64,000 nucleotides of DNA from Octopus vulgaris (lineage: Eukaryota): NCBI GenBank assembly GCA_951406725.2, contig OX597832.1:17236001-17300000 (forward strand), in the 5' to 3' direction. How positions within the stretch are numbered: the first letter of the stretch is position 1; every line of letters starts with the position of its first letter. Below the pieces are notes generated by a model, which was not told the DNA's origin, did not search any database, and was given only the letters and a program-made list of their open reading frames with translations. Shown here piece after piece: positions 12,242-26,949 of the stretch. The translations under genes and the position numbers were made by a program.

Positions 12242-13853
12242 TTGCGTTCAGAACGGCATTGTTTTCGTCAGAAAAGAAGATATAAGTTTTTATCAAAGTT
12301 GTTTTATATTCTATAATTTTCACAGAAAATAAATACGATATTATTTATTATTGCCTAAGATTTTGGTGTAATTTGAGAGGATAATGAAAAAGTTATGGAT
12401 GATTTAGGGATTTACTGCAAAACTCGTGGCGGCCAAAATGATCAGAACGGTTGCTTTTACTCTGTTTTAGTATATTTAACCGGCGAACTCTAATGTTTTG
12501 AATTTGTTTACGTGGCGGTTCGTTTACTAAACATTAGTAAGAATATTTGCAGTGTACTTTGTTAATATAATGCCACTTACTCCGTTACCAATTCGTCACC
12601 AGATTATTAAGCTTCGAAGGAAGGATAATTTAAGTATTTGGTCTATTGCAAAGATTGTTAACAAGTCAAAAGTTGTAGTTCACGGTATTCTTAAGGTCTT
12701 CAATGATTGTGGTTCATGTGAAGCAAGAAAGTTTACAGGTAGGCCAAGAAAAACGACCAAGAGAGAAGATCGTGCTATGGTAAAGTTGGTTAAAAAGGAC
12801 AGATTTAAAACTGCTGCTGCTGTTTCTCGGAAAATGAGCATTGTATTGAAGGAAACTTTATCTCGAAAAACTGTGTCTCTTCGTTTAGTTGAACATGACC
12901 TACAAGCAAGAGCACCTGCAGTGAAGCCACTGATAAGCTCCAAGAATAAAAAGTGTTGTCTTACCTTTGCAACCGAACATGTGTTGTGGTCTCAAGAAAA
13001 ATGGCAAACGGTGCATTTCAGTGATGAATCTAAGTTTATGCTATTTGACTCAGATGGGAAAAGGTACGTTCATCGAAAAGTAAGTGAAAAAGTGTCGCCT
13101 AAATGCCCCAAGACTAGTGTTAAATTCGGTGGAGGACCTGTCATGGTCTGGAAGATGATATCTGGAGATGATGTCGGCCCTTTGGTGCGATTACATGAAA
13201 AGGTAAATGCAGGAGTTTATAAACAACTTGTAAAAAACCATGTCTTGCCTGTGCTGAGAAATTCAACAAGCGACAACCCATATTCATGCAGGACAATGCC
13301 CCATGTCACAAGGCTAAGGTGGTCATGAACTTCCTCAAGGCTGAAAAGGTTATTGTTATGGATTGGCCTGCTCAAAGCCCAGATCTCAATCCTATTGAAA
13401 ATGTGTGGTATATTCTAGGAGAACGTTCGAAAGCCAGAAATCCTAAAACAACTGAGCAATTATGGAATGCCCTTCATGAAGAATGGAATAAGATCACCCA
13501 GCAAGAAATTGAGAATTTAATTTCCTCATGCAGTCGAAGATGTCAGAGTGTGATTGAAGCTAAAGGGCTTCACACTAAATATTAAATAATTCCAGTATTC
13601 TCTGTCATTTTTGATTATATTGTAATTTGTTTCAACGTTTCTGATCATTTTGGCCGACATGGGTTTTGCAGTAAATCACTAAATCATTCATAACTTTTGT
13701 ATTATCCTCTCAAATTACACCAAAATCTCAGGCAATAACAATTAATATTGTATTTATTGTCTGTGAAAATTATAGAATATAAAACTACTTTGATAAAAAC
13801 GTATGTCTATTTTATTGACGAAAACAATGCCGTTCTGAAAATTTTGGCCGCAA

Positions 13854-13856
<3 letters not shown>
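12239..13856 (+). mobile_element. Tc1-family DNA transposon (DD34E), IR/DR type, inserted in (TA)n
   Basis: TA|CAGTTGCG...CGCAACTG|TA; ~215-bp TIRs (12239-~12450; ~13636-13856) with inner and outer direct repeats (GCGGCCAAAATnnTCAGAACG). Confidence 0.95.
12570..13585 (+). pseudogene. Tc1 transposase (~338 aa if repaired), single 1-bp frameshift near 13268
   Basis: MPLTPL..HTH..GRPRK..FSDESKF..MVW in ORF 12552-13328 continues as QDNAPCH..WPAQSPDLNPIEN in ORF 13286-13585; 34 residues between the second D and E. Confidence 0.93.
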
Positions 13857-13924
<68 letters not shown>

Positions 13925-13970
13925 CATATATATAGATAGACATACAGTTATATAAGTGTGTGTGTGTCCG

Positions 13971-14037
<67 letters not shown>

Positions 14038-14369
14038 TTTATTAATTGACGAAGAAACGAACGACAACGTCCTTTAAAGACAAACACTTGCAGCAGTAAC
14101 CGAAGAGGCAGAAGCAGAAACGGAAAGAAAACTGCCATTACACGTTGGTCAGTAAAACAAATAGAGGCGATCACGTTGAATCAATATGGTGATATGCTGT
14201 ATTGGGCGTGGGTGATATCCTTGGGAGGAAATATGTGCTATTGTCAATAGTTCTTTAAATAGCATTCTTCACCTTACACATTGGCCGTTATTAATGAGGA
14301 AAGGAAAGTTACTGTTATATATCTATATGTATATCTATATATCTATCTTTCGTTTTATCTACCTACATT

Positions 14370-14472
<103 letters not shown>

Positions 14473-14473
14473 A

Positions 14474-14554
<81 letters not shown>

Positions 14555-14596
14555 GTATGTCTGTCTGTCTGTCTGTCTGTGTATCTATCTAACTAC

Positions 14597-14671
<75 letters not shown>

Positions 14672-14741
14672 GATATCTGCTTTCTGTTTCTTTATCTAAC
14701 ATACAACTAATCAATATAAATATAAATGTAAATATATGTAC

Positions 14742-14814
<73 letters not shown>

Positions 14815-14854
14815 TGTGTACACATATATACATACACATATATACACATACACA

Positions 14855-14924
<70 letters not shown>

Positions 14925-15292
14925 GTATGTATATTGATATACATATATAAATACACTAGTGCGTGGTTGTTTACAATATTTACATAAATGTACACACACA
15001 CACAGACACACTTTTTTCTTCTTAAAATTGTGTCACTTTCATCTCTTTTGCTCCGGAAGCTTTCCGCCCAATCATCAAACAATATGTTTGCCAAGTTAGC
15101 AAACGCAAACGTCGCAGGATCTTGTTTACAAATATACTGGTGTACGTATGTATGTATGTATGTATGTATGTATGTATGTATGTATGTATGTATGTATGTA
15201 TGTATGTGTGTATGTATGTATGTATGTATGTATGTATGTATGTATGTATGTATGTATGTATATATATATATATACACATATATATATACAAA

Positions 15293-15342
<50 letters not shown>

Positions 15343-15392
15343 AGTATATAGCGAGACAGAGATACATATATATATACATGCATATATATATA

Positions 15393-15481
<89 letters not shown>

Positions 15482-15650
15482 ACACATATATATATATAAG
15501 CCCACATATATAGTGATCGGCACACCTCCATTCACAAGCATACAAACAGGCATGGAATGATAATCACATAGGCGCAGAATACAAGAAAAAGGAATTAACA
15601 ATACTTAATATTCCTGTTGTCCCAGATTTCACTTGCTTTACATCTGAATA

Positions 15651-15682
<32 letters not shown>

Positions 15683-15724
15683 AATAATAATAAAAATAAA
15701 AATAATAATAATAATAATAATAAT

Positions 15725-16155
15725 AAATTCTTTTTTATTGGTCACAAGGGCTGACACACATGATTAGAAAACATAAAGGGACAAAACAGGACGAAAGGTT
15801 ACAAAGGGTTTTGTCCGTTTTTGAAAAAATCCGAGTAAAAACAGTTCAACAACGAAAGATTGTAACAATTAAAAACTCCCAATAAGGGGAGGCGTTACGA
15901 AAGGTTCCTGGTGGAAAAAACCCCATAAAAGCCAACGGGAGTCCCTTTTCTCCTTTTATATTACCTTTTTGAATCACAGGCGAAACACCTGAGAACTGGT
16001 CCATTTATACTGGCCATTCTCGCACAATTCACCCACCTTTCAGTAAACTTGCTATCGGACAGCACTCTCCTCTTTAACCTCATCTTCCTTTTCAAGTGAA
16101 GCTTGAAAAAGTTAATGAGGCCTTGACCAAAGAGGAAAGTGTCTGACTTTAGCCC

Positions 16156-16157
<2 letters not shown>
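15725..16157 (-). mobile_element. L1/Tx1-like LINE 3' end (ORF2 C-terminus, 3' UTR, simple-repeat tail)
   Basis: Minus-strand translation GLKSDTFLFGQGLINFFKLHLKRKMRLKRRVLSDSKFTERWVNCA; 3' end cagcccttgtgaccaataaaaaag followed by (TTA)n; clade assignment tentative. Confidence 0.5.
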
Positions 16158-16247
<90 letters not shown>

Positions 16248-16826
16248 CAGAAGAAGAAGAAGAAGAAGAAGAATAACAATAATAATAATGATAATAACTG
16301 CCTGAGTATTCCTGATACATCTTATAACAATCCTCGGAAAGGCTAAGTAGAACCTGTCCGAGATATATCGCTTTTTGAATTTCAGGTTGTATCTAAGTGA
16401 CGAAGTTCTACCATAATGTTTTCTATTTACTGAAGTTCCCCACCACCGCCTCATACGTTGTAGGTCGATCAGAGTTTGTAGGGAAGATATTTGTGTAGGA
16501 TTTCTCGCTCTGGGTTGCGACACCATGATTGCAAAACCACGTTTTTAACCAGTTCACTATGCTTGCGATATATTTACTTCACATGAACAAGCATATATAT
16601 ATATATATATACATCTCCCAATATTGAATAGAAATAATAAATCAAATTTCACAAAATATAATGTATATATCAAAATTAGAAAAAATCCCACCTTTTATCA
16701 ATTCAAAATGAAAAATTAAATTACACCATCTAAAAAATTATTTCTTTCTAGATGGTATAGGAATATCCTTCAAAGATGAATTCCAGAAAATTGGTTCTAT
16801 TTTACCTGTAAGTTCCATAACCGACG

Positions 16827-16920
16827 AGAAGAAGAAGAAGAAGAAGAAGAAGAAGAAGAAGAAGAAGAAGAAGAAGAAGAAGAAGAAGAAGAAGAAGAAG
16901 AAGAGGAAGAAAAAGAAGAA

Positions 16921-16967
<47 letters not shown>

Positions 16968-17054
16968 AGAAGAAGAAGAAGAAGAAGAAGAAGAAGAAGA
17001 AGAAGAAGAAGGAGGAAGAAGAAGAAGAAGAAGAAGAAGAAGAAGAAGAAGAAG

Positions 17055-17085
<31 letters not shown>

Positions 17086-17148
17086 TGAAGAAGAAGAAGA
17101 AGAAGAAGAAGAAGAAGAAGAAGAAGAAGAAGAAGAAGAAGAAGAAGA
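16827..17148. repeat. (GAA)n homopurine tract, ~320 bp
   Basis: Visible directly, few interruptions. Confidence 0.95.
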
Positions 17149-18121
17149 ATGAATAAAAGATGTGGCACATGGGTCTGTATCTTGCAAACTTGAGGTTGAT
17201 ACTATTATTGATAAGAATTGTAGCCTCTCTTTTATTCATGACCTTTATATCACGCCACATCTTGAATGTCATGCTTTTGCAAATCGAAGGAAGGAGATAG
17301 CTTGAAATACTTGTTCCACAATAGGGACATTGAAGTGCTGGAACCCTCGAGAAGCAACCGAAAATGTCGATTATGTCACATCAACATGGATGATATTACA
17401 GATGTGATAAGCATGTTGCATACAATTTCATTAAGGTGACTCCCTTTCGATGACGCGGCAGTGTGATATTACCGCTAAAACAATATGCGGTGCCATCCGT
17501 AAAGAATAACTGCCGTAGGATAAATATAGATAGTATTATTTTTGCTGATTACAGATGGATATACGTTTCAATGCAAGGAATATTGGTGAAAATATTTCCG
17601 TCGAAATTTTCAGCAAATACGAACCCAGCTGATATATGACAGCAAAGGATTAAATAAATTTTAACAGGGTCAGCTATACTGAAGATGTCAACATTTCTTT
17701 CAAAGAAGACATACAATGACAACTGCGTCATACGTAAAGATTCGTTAGCCAAATTATGAATTCGTAACTGTAGCTATAATTTATAGGGTTCTTGAGTGCC
17801 TTACTGATTGTCACAGAAGCAAACTGCATAAACAGAATTTTAAGCAAAACATCGATCATATAACGAGCGTAGTTTAATTTTCAACTATAAAGAAAACAAC
17901 AATATAAATATCCAAGACATCTTGAAATTTTAGCATGTTACACTTTAGAGTTGTTTTTATCTGATTTTCTGAGATGGGTGTGGGGTTAAGAATCTAGCTT
18001 TGCAAGCATGTGGTTTACATTCAGCTCCTCTTTGTAGAAGCTTGTGCAAGTGTATTCATCTTTAACCACGGACCGAGTAAATTTCGTGGACAGAATATGT
18101 GTAGAAATCCATCGTGTGTGT

Positions 18122-18175
<54 letters not shown>

Positions 18176-18589
18176 GTATAGATATGTATACACAAACACA
18201 CGCACATATATATACGTGTGTGTGTGCGAGTCTGTGTACGTATGTATTTATATGTATATACATATATATATAAATATAAAAATAGATATAGATGTTATAT
18301 GTGTGTATATATGTATAGATGTATGTATGTATGTATGTATGTAATACTATCGCTTTCAAATTTTAGCACAAGGCTTGAAATTTCGGGCGAAGAGTAAGTC
18401 GATTACATCATTCTCAGAGCTCCACTGGTACTTTTTTTATCGACCCTCTGAAGCAGCGCTTCTTCAATATTTTTTCTTCACGAGAGTTTTCGTGACCCCA
18501 GGTACTAAATATGAAGTAAACCGTACAAATAAATAAATAAATCATTTATTTTTTTGCTGAACAAATATACATATAAAAAAAGGAGTAGT

Positions 18590-19006
18590 AGGTGCAGGAG
18601 TGGCTGTGTGGTAAGTAGCTTGCTTACCAACCACATGGTTCCGGGTTCAGTCCCACTGTGGGGCAACTTGGGCAAGTATCTTCTACTATAGCCTCGGGTT
18701 GACCAAAGCCTTGTGAGTGGTTTTGATAGATGGAAACTGAAAGAAGCTCGTCGTATATATGTATATGTATATATCTGTGTGTGCGTGTGTGTGTGCGTGT
18801 GTGTGTGTTTGTCACCCAACATCGCTGGACAACCGATGCTGGTGTGTTTACGTCCCCGTAACTTAGTGGTTCGGCAAAAGAGACCGAGAGAATCAATAGT
18901 AGGCTTACAAAGAATAGGTCCTGGGGTCGATTTGCTCGACTAAAGGCTTTGCTCCAGCATGGCCGCAGTCAAATGACTGAAACAAGTAAAAGAGTAAAAG
19001 AGAGAG
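18590..19006 (+). mobile_element. SINE family A, full-length
   Basis: Head aggtgcaggagtggctgtgtggtaag...gggttcagtccc, ttgggcaagt CORE-like box, internal (TA)/(TG) microsatellite, tail ctccagcatggccgcagtcaaatgactgaaacaagtaaaagagtaaaagag. Confidence 0.88.
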
Positions 19007-19167
19007 TGAAAGAGATATTATTTGTCAGAATAAAAGTAATTTTCGGATTTGTGAAATAACATAAAAATTGAAATTCAAGTGTTTGAATTTAATTTTCGTG
19101 ACCTCAGCATTTCGCTTCGTGATCTCATTTGGGGTCGTGATCCAAAGTTTAAGAAGCGCTGCGCTAA

Positions 19168-19480
19168 AAGGAATGAAAGGCAAAGTCGACCAGGGCGGAA
19201 TTTTAATTCATAACGTAAACACAGACGAAATGCCGTTCAGCATTTTTATCGGATGGTTAAATATTCTGCCAGCAAACTGCCTCAGATGTATAATGGTTTA
19301 AAATTTTGGCATGAGGATAGAAATTTCAGTGAAGGTGTGAGTCAATTACATCGACCCCTAAAGGATAGAGAACAAAGTCGACCTCGGAGGAAACTGAACT
19401 CAAAACGTAAAGTCGGAAAAAAAATACTACGAAGCATTTTTTTTCCGATGCGGTAACGATTCTGACATCTCCCTGCTTTA
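19168..19480 (-). mobile_element. Two degenerate SINE family B fragments
   Basis: aatgaaaggcaaagtcgacc...; caaagtcgacctcggagg...gaactca. Confidence 0.55.
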
Positions 19481-20679
19481 GAGGTGTAGTTATAAAATTA
19501 ATATTTGTTGTTGCCGTTTAATAGCTCTGCTATATATTTATAAAAGAAAAAAGGTCTTCCACTCATGCCAATGTAATTTACCTGACCGTAGTGTATCTTG
19601 GACTACGTCATACAAAGGGTCTTTGCATTTTTTAAAGCCAATAATGGGAAATATAAAAGGACTTTAGTTAACATTTCAAATATCTTTCCTCTTGTAACCG
19701 TTCCTATGCATTGTTGTTGCTGTTTTTGATGTTGTTTAACCCCAGGACATCCATGACCGAGCCGACCTATGATCAAAGGCACTCAAGCCTTGACCATCAA
19801 GACTTTTTTTTTTTTTATTTCTTACACATTCTTCATCTCGATCTACAATAGCCGACAGCATATAATTTAAAAAATTTTTTTTTTTTTTACTTTTATTAAA
19901 TCGGGCAGAGTATGATTGTACAGATATTTTAGCTGTTGTTTCTAGCTGGTTCAGTGACCATATAGAAGTATTCACATTGGTTCGTAAGCCTGAATGTTAA
20001 TGGTGGACACGATGATGATGATGATTATGATGATGATGATGATGCTAATGGCCGATGTCCTCGTTGTTTTGGAAGCGGCTATCAAAGCGGTGGCGATAGT
20101 TTGTTGTGTTGGGCCAAAGGTTAAGGATGTGATGGTGGCGGTAAGAGGTATAATTATGATGGTGGTGGTGGTGGTGGTGCTACTGCTAGTGATGGTGGTG
20201 ATGGTGGTGCAGATGGCGTTGCTACAGATGGCAAGAATAATATCAAATGGTTGCTGTAGTGGTCATCGTTGAGGTGGAGTTCGGCAAAGTTCATGTGGCG
20301 ATTGTATATTTTATGTGGTCAGTTTGGGTGGGTGGGTGTTGATGCTGCTGCTGTAGCTGGTGATGGTATTGGTGGTGGTGGTGGTGGTGGTGGTGGTGGT
20401 GGTTGAAGCAAGCTGATGTGAAGGTTAAAATTATCAATGTGGTAGAAAGGAAGGGGTTATGATGAAAGAGGAGTAGCGGTAAGAGGAGGAAGATGTAAGG
20501 CAATTAAAGTAGCGAAAATGCATACACATCCACCCACACACCGACATACTCGCACACACCTACACGTATGTATCTTTATATATAAACACACTCACATACG
20601 TATGTGTATGTGTATATGTGTGTATGCATATATGGACATATATACTTACATACATACATATACTTACATATATCAGTAC

Positions 20680-20718
<39 letters not shown>

Positions 20719-20937
20719 GTTTATATGCGTATATATGTGTAAATAAATATATGTAGTCGGTTTTATACATATACGTATATACATAAATCCTTATACATAC
20801 ATATATATACATGTATATAACTGTTCATCGATAAGAGTATGTATATATACTTATGCTTATATATATATATTTACATATATGTATAATACATATTCATATA
20901 AATATATATGTATGTATATGTATATATATGTATATAC

Positions 20938-20989
<52 letters not shown>

Positions 20990-21475
20990 GTGTATGTATA
21001 ATCACGTGTGTATTAACCTAAAACTAGCAATCAGTCGACCAATAACACCGTCATCAGCGTACACCAAACACGTTAACGCAAATCAATGAACCAACTCGGT
21101 AATCTAAAGCAATTATATACCTCTACATACGTACATGCATACATACATACATTCATACATACTTACATACATACATGCATACATACATATGCACATACAA
21201 ACCTACGTATGCGCACAAATATAGAGTTGCATGATTCCACACACACACACACATATGTATGTGTGCATGCATATCTATCTATTTGTCTATCCATCTATCT
21301 ATCTATCTATACATGCATGCATACATATATACATATATACATATATATATGTTGATTATATATATATATGTATATACATATATATATATGTATATATATA
21401 TATGTATATACATATATATATGTGATATATATATATGTATATATATATGTATATATATGTATGTATGTATATATA

Positions 21476-21508
<33 letters not shown>

Positions 21509-22932
21509 GTGCATATATATATATACATATATATAGACATATATATATATAACACATATATATATATATATATGGATGTAGAAAGAAGGTGGGAGGAGAG
21601 AAAAGTATGTATATTTTGTGTGTGTGTGTATGTATGTGTCTGTCTATATATGTACACACACACACAACACACACACACACACACACAGGTAAATGACAAA
21701 TAGTTATATAGACACATACCTACAAGCATCCATACATTCATCTAAAGTCATTCATTGCCCGCGTTCATTATAACAATAAGTAAATAAATAAAATAATCAA
21801 ACAAACAACGTGAAAAGAAAACACACACACATACACACATACACACCAAAAAAAAAGAAGAAAAAAATGGGTAAAGGAGGGTAGTGTGATAGTAGAAGTA
21901 GCAGTAGAAGTAGCAGTCACAGTAGAAAAAGAATTAGGCGGAGGTGGTCCAAAAGTTTTGGTTCACATGACTTGCTCATAGTGAAGCATCCTCAGCGGTG
22001 TTCTACATGAATGATGTAAGAGCTTTGGCCAATTTCGGGCCATTAACAGCCCAGCTATTGTAACATTAATTGCCAGTTGCACAGTTGTTACACAATACAA
22101 GTTCAATCTCTGAGAAAGAAAAAATAAACGGTGGGTGGTGTATGGAGTGTAATGCAAAGAGGAAAAACTTTTGTTGTTTTATCTTTTGACAAACACCGCC
22201 TTTTCTCGTAAATGTAAAATGGTGGAATTTAGAAACGCGTGTAAGTATTTATAGCGATTTAGAGCTATTAGTATTATTAAGAGTAATAGATAGCGAGTGA
22301 GCAGCGAACGAAGAAGATGTTCTTGCTCTGCTAGCGCCGCCTATTGTCATTATTTTCATTCATTCATTTCCAACAATTGTATTATGCACACACACACACA
22401 CACACACGAACACGCACACGAACACGCATACACACGCTCACGCATTCTGTGTTTGTGTGTGTATGTATGTGCGAGTGCGCGTGTGATAGAGTGTGCTTTT
22501 GTGTGTGTGTGTGTGTGTGTATGTGTGTGCTTGTGTGTGAATGTGCATGTGTGTGTGTGTGTGGTTTGTGTGCATGCCTGCGTGTCTGTGAATGTATAAC
22601 ACACAAACGCAAAAACGTATATATATATATATATATACTTGAACTCATAGATATGAGTGTACATATACGTACACACGCACAGACACAGACACACTGACGC
22701 ACACATACACACAAATGTGTATATACACATACACTACAATAAATACAAGTATGAATGTACGTACTTACATGTGCACGTGTATATATGTATATGTGTATTT
22801 ATGACTGCATGAGTGTGTGGGTGGAGCACGCGTATATATGTGTACAATTATATATACTTACATATACATATATATATCATATATATATATATAATATGAT
22901 ATATATATGTGCGTGTGTGTAAGTTTATGTCC

Positions 22933-22963
<31 letters not shown>

Positions 22964-23034
22964 CATACACACACACACGGACACAAACTCACACAAATTA
23001 ATGCTTCTACACATCCGTACTTTCACACACACAC

Positions 23035-23086
<52 letters not shown>

Positions 23087-23516
23087 GTGTGTGTGTGTTA
23101 GAGTCACATACACGGGCACACGCATTTACACAAACATATACATAAGTCTAAATACACATATGTATATAGTAATAGAATTGTTGTGTTAGGGGTACACATC
23201 TGTGAGAAACGTAGGTGTGCTCTACAATTATATACGAATATATATTAGAAATCTGGGCGGTAGAGCAATATAAATCACATACCTGTGTTTGTTTATGTAT
23301 GTTTATATAGGTGTCAGTTTGTTTGTTATTTATTCCGTATCTGTAGATATATACATCCATCCATATATATATGTGTATATACATATACACAGACAAACAC
23401 ACACACACATACTCAAGCACTCACACATATCGACACATATATGAATATGCACCCACGTATATATATATGTATCACATATATATATATGCACTACACACAC
23501 ACACAAATATGTGTGA

Positions 23517-23602
<86 letters not shown>

Positions 23603-23746
23603 GTATATATATGTAGTGACTCAAAGAGAGCGAGAAAGAGGAAACAGAGAGAGAGAGAGGAGGAGAAAGGAAACGAAGAGAGAGGGAGACAGAGGGAGGG
23701 AGGGATGTATGTACATATATATGAATGCATATATATTTATATACAC

Positions 23747-23804
<58 letters not shown>

Positions 23805-23833
23805 AGAGATAGATAGATAGATAGATAGAAAGA

Positions 23834-23864
<31 letters not shown>

Positions 23865-24083
23865 AAGAGAGCGGGAGAGATAGTGATTATTGATTATCGA
23901 AGAGGGAAAAGTTTAGTTTCCAAAACTACCACTGCCATTACCGCTAGGAATACAGTTCCACTAAGTTTTTTGCGCTACCAATACTGAATTCTTTGTTATT
24001 CAGTTATATTTTCTACCGTATTTTCTGTGACATTGTTTCATTTCCAGCACCAATATTGACCAGGTCAAATCATAGCATATACA

Positions 24084-24123
<40 letters not shown>

Positions 24124-24533
24124 GATTGATCATATATCGATCCGTTTATTGACTGACTGCTTAACGACGTTAATTTAACGATAAGAGCAAACACCAAATA
24201 CTTTTAAAAATCGTTCAAGATAAGTATCTACAAGTTTTATCTTGGGTCGTGAAAGAAAACGTACAAACATTCAATGGAATCTAAAGGATAAGTTATTAGA
24301 GGAAGATAATCCTGGATTTCGTTTGGTCTCAGAAGTCTTCGTCATGGGCTTCCTACAAGTGCTTGTCGTTGCAATGATGGTGGCCGGGGTTGCGCTAAGA
24401 TATATTGGTAGTTGTGTTGTTGATGGATGGAAGGGATGGCGTCTATTTTAACCCGTTATTGAATACTATTGCTAGTTTGTTGGTTCTTTTGTGTATTGTT
24501 GATTAGTAGTTTTATATATATATATATATATAT

Positions 24534-24760
24534 AAAGTTAATCCAAACAAGAAAACAAAAAAAACAAAAAAACAACAACCCAAGGACGTGGAACAAATAA
24601 AGTATTATCGGACGCTCAGGAAAGAAGGGAAGAAGGAAGGTTTGACGTTTCGAGCGGAGCTCTTCGTCGGAAACATAGGAGAAAGAAACATCCCAAGACG
24701 GGAGGAGAGAGGAAAAAAAAATTAGCAGGTAGTCTACACGAGGTCACATACTAAAAAGAC
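24534..24760 (-). mobile_element. HHR-bearing Penelope-like element (family H2)
   Basis: Minus strand 24674-24640: gttt-CCGACGA-A-gagc(tcc)gctc-GAAAC-GTC-aaac; abuts (TA)n. Confidence 0.6.
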
Positions 24761-25009
24761 GGAAGTGGTCAAAAGGAAGGAAAAGTGTTTTTTAAAAACA
24801 AAAGAGCTGAATCAGAGAAGGAATGGTTAAAAATGGGTGTGCGAGAAGACAAGGGTGTGTGTATGAGTGTGTGCGTGTTTGTGTATGTGTGTGTATGGTG
24901 GACGATATGGATGCAGGTAATCTCCACTTCCTCTTCCATTTGATTCACTATCTTCTCCCGTGTTTGATTTAAGCGCGCGCGTGAGCCAATATACGTATGT
25001 GTGTGTATG

Positions 25010-25079
<70 letters not shown>

Positions 25080-25199
25080 TGTGTATACAGACATAAATCT
25101 TTGTTTCCTCTATTTACAAGTATATAAGTGTGTATATTTTATATATCAAGCCCAAGAGGTTTTCAGTGTTTATTTTCATCATCATCATCATCATCATCA

Positions 25200-25236
<37 letters not shown>

Positions 25237-25292
25237 TTACACACACACACGTATTCACACACACATATAGACATACGTATATATGTATATAG

Positions 25293-25340
<48 letters not shown>

Positions 25341-25476
25341 GTATATATGAGTATACACACATATACACACGCACACACACATACACACACACACACACAC
25401 ATATATATTGTATGTTCATATAGGTACATACATGCATGCATACATACATACATACATACATACATACATACATACA

Positions 25477-25507
<31 letters not shown>

Positions 25508-25522
25508 TTACATACATACATA

Positions 25523-26391
25523 CAAGGTGTGGTGAATACACGGTCATCTAAATTACGGAAAATGAAAATAGCAGATATCTCTTTTTAATAGATATATTTA
25601 CCAAAATTACATTAAAAATATCTTGAAATACTAAAGAGTAAATCTATTTAATAAAATCGCCATTGCCTTCGACCTCGTCCTCCAGACGGCTTCAGAACCG
25701 CCTGCAACTCTACTGGGAGGTTTCCTTGTTTAACTCAGAATCCATACCTTCAGTTCATTAATGGTTTTAGAAGGAGTTTTGTTGGGCTTTCCCTCAACTG
25801 CGACCTACACATGATAATCAAGAGGGTTGAAGTCTGGGGAGTTAGGTTGCCAGGTGGTAACGGTGATGCGGTCCCAGAAATTGTTTGACAGCCATAACTG
25901 GGTTCTACTTGTGTGGCAAGGTGCAGAGTCCTGTTGCCAGATAGAGGGTCTTCCAGCAGCCATCTTTTTGATCCAGGGCAGCAGTACCTCCTCCAGACAC
26001 TTGATATAGACCGCCATTTTGAGTTTGAGTCCGTGTGGGAAGATGAATGGAGGCATAACGTCGCCATCACTAGTGATCCCTCGAAACACCATGATGTGGA
26101 CTGGATGTTTCACCTTTATCATTCTCGGTTCATGTTCTCAGGTTGCACTGTCCTCAGATTGACGCTCAACTACTGAATTGCTGGAATTGGAATATCCGGC
26201 GCGAATGTCAAGCACTAAAGCATGTCTTTTCGAAATTTCTGGCAAAGTGAATTGCATCATGATGCTGTTTTACCCATAGACGGTGCCCAACTGACCCCAC
26301 TATACTGTGTAGTCGACAAAATCAAAAGCAAACAATGCGCGTGTGTGAAAGTAAAAATATAAAATCACGACAGTTTACCCATCGCATCCTG
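25523..26391 (-). mobile_element. maT-like (DD37D-type) Tc1/mariner transposon, internally deleted
   Basis: ORF 25805-26122: MVFRGITSDG..WQQDSAPCHTSR..WQPNSPDFNPLDY (36 residues between the Ds in this copy); degenerate ~24-bp TIRs caaggtgtggtgaatacacggtc / gacagtttacccatcgcatcctg flanked by TA. Confidence 0.85.
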
Positions 26392-26459
26392 TATATATGT
26401 ACTTATGCCTGTGTTTCCGTGTATGTATGTATGCATGTATGTATGTATGTATATGTATG

Positions 26460-26501
<42 letters not shown>

Positions 26502-26949
26502 TGGTGGAGAGACAGAGAGAGAGAGAGAGAGATAGAGTGGTGGAGAGACAGAGAGACAGACGGACGCCGGACAGACAGGAAGAACCGAGTGAAATTGCCG
26601 TGGGAATTCGAACACGCAATGTTTCGAACAGAGTTGTTCCTCAGAGAAAATTGATAGAAGAGTTTTTATAGCCTCCACAGTTTGAAACTGCTTCTCGACA
26701 TGGCGTATGTAAAACTTTACTGCTTTTCTAATATTTCACTTCTGTCGTCTTTTCCCTCAGGAATGCCTCTGTCCGAAACAGCATTTTTCATTTCAATTGT
26801 ATTCTATTGTTCTCTTCCTGTCAATTTTCTAAACAACAAACCTTGACGACGAAATAACGCATTTAACTTGTTGAAATGCAGCTCGACACAGTCGCTTAAG
26901 GCAGTTACAAAAAACCAGACTCTCACATGATATACAAACATATGTGTAA

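Noticed and set aside
15010-15140. Exon or promoter (CCAAT, CCGGAAG motifs)
   Set aside because: Short motifs expected by chance; peptide unrecognised; no downstream gene.
17150-17760. Possible Tc1/mariner transposase relic on the minus strand
   Set aside because: Only vague motif resemblance (QDTDPC); no TIRs or convincing catalytic motifs.
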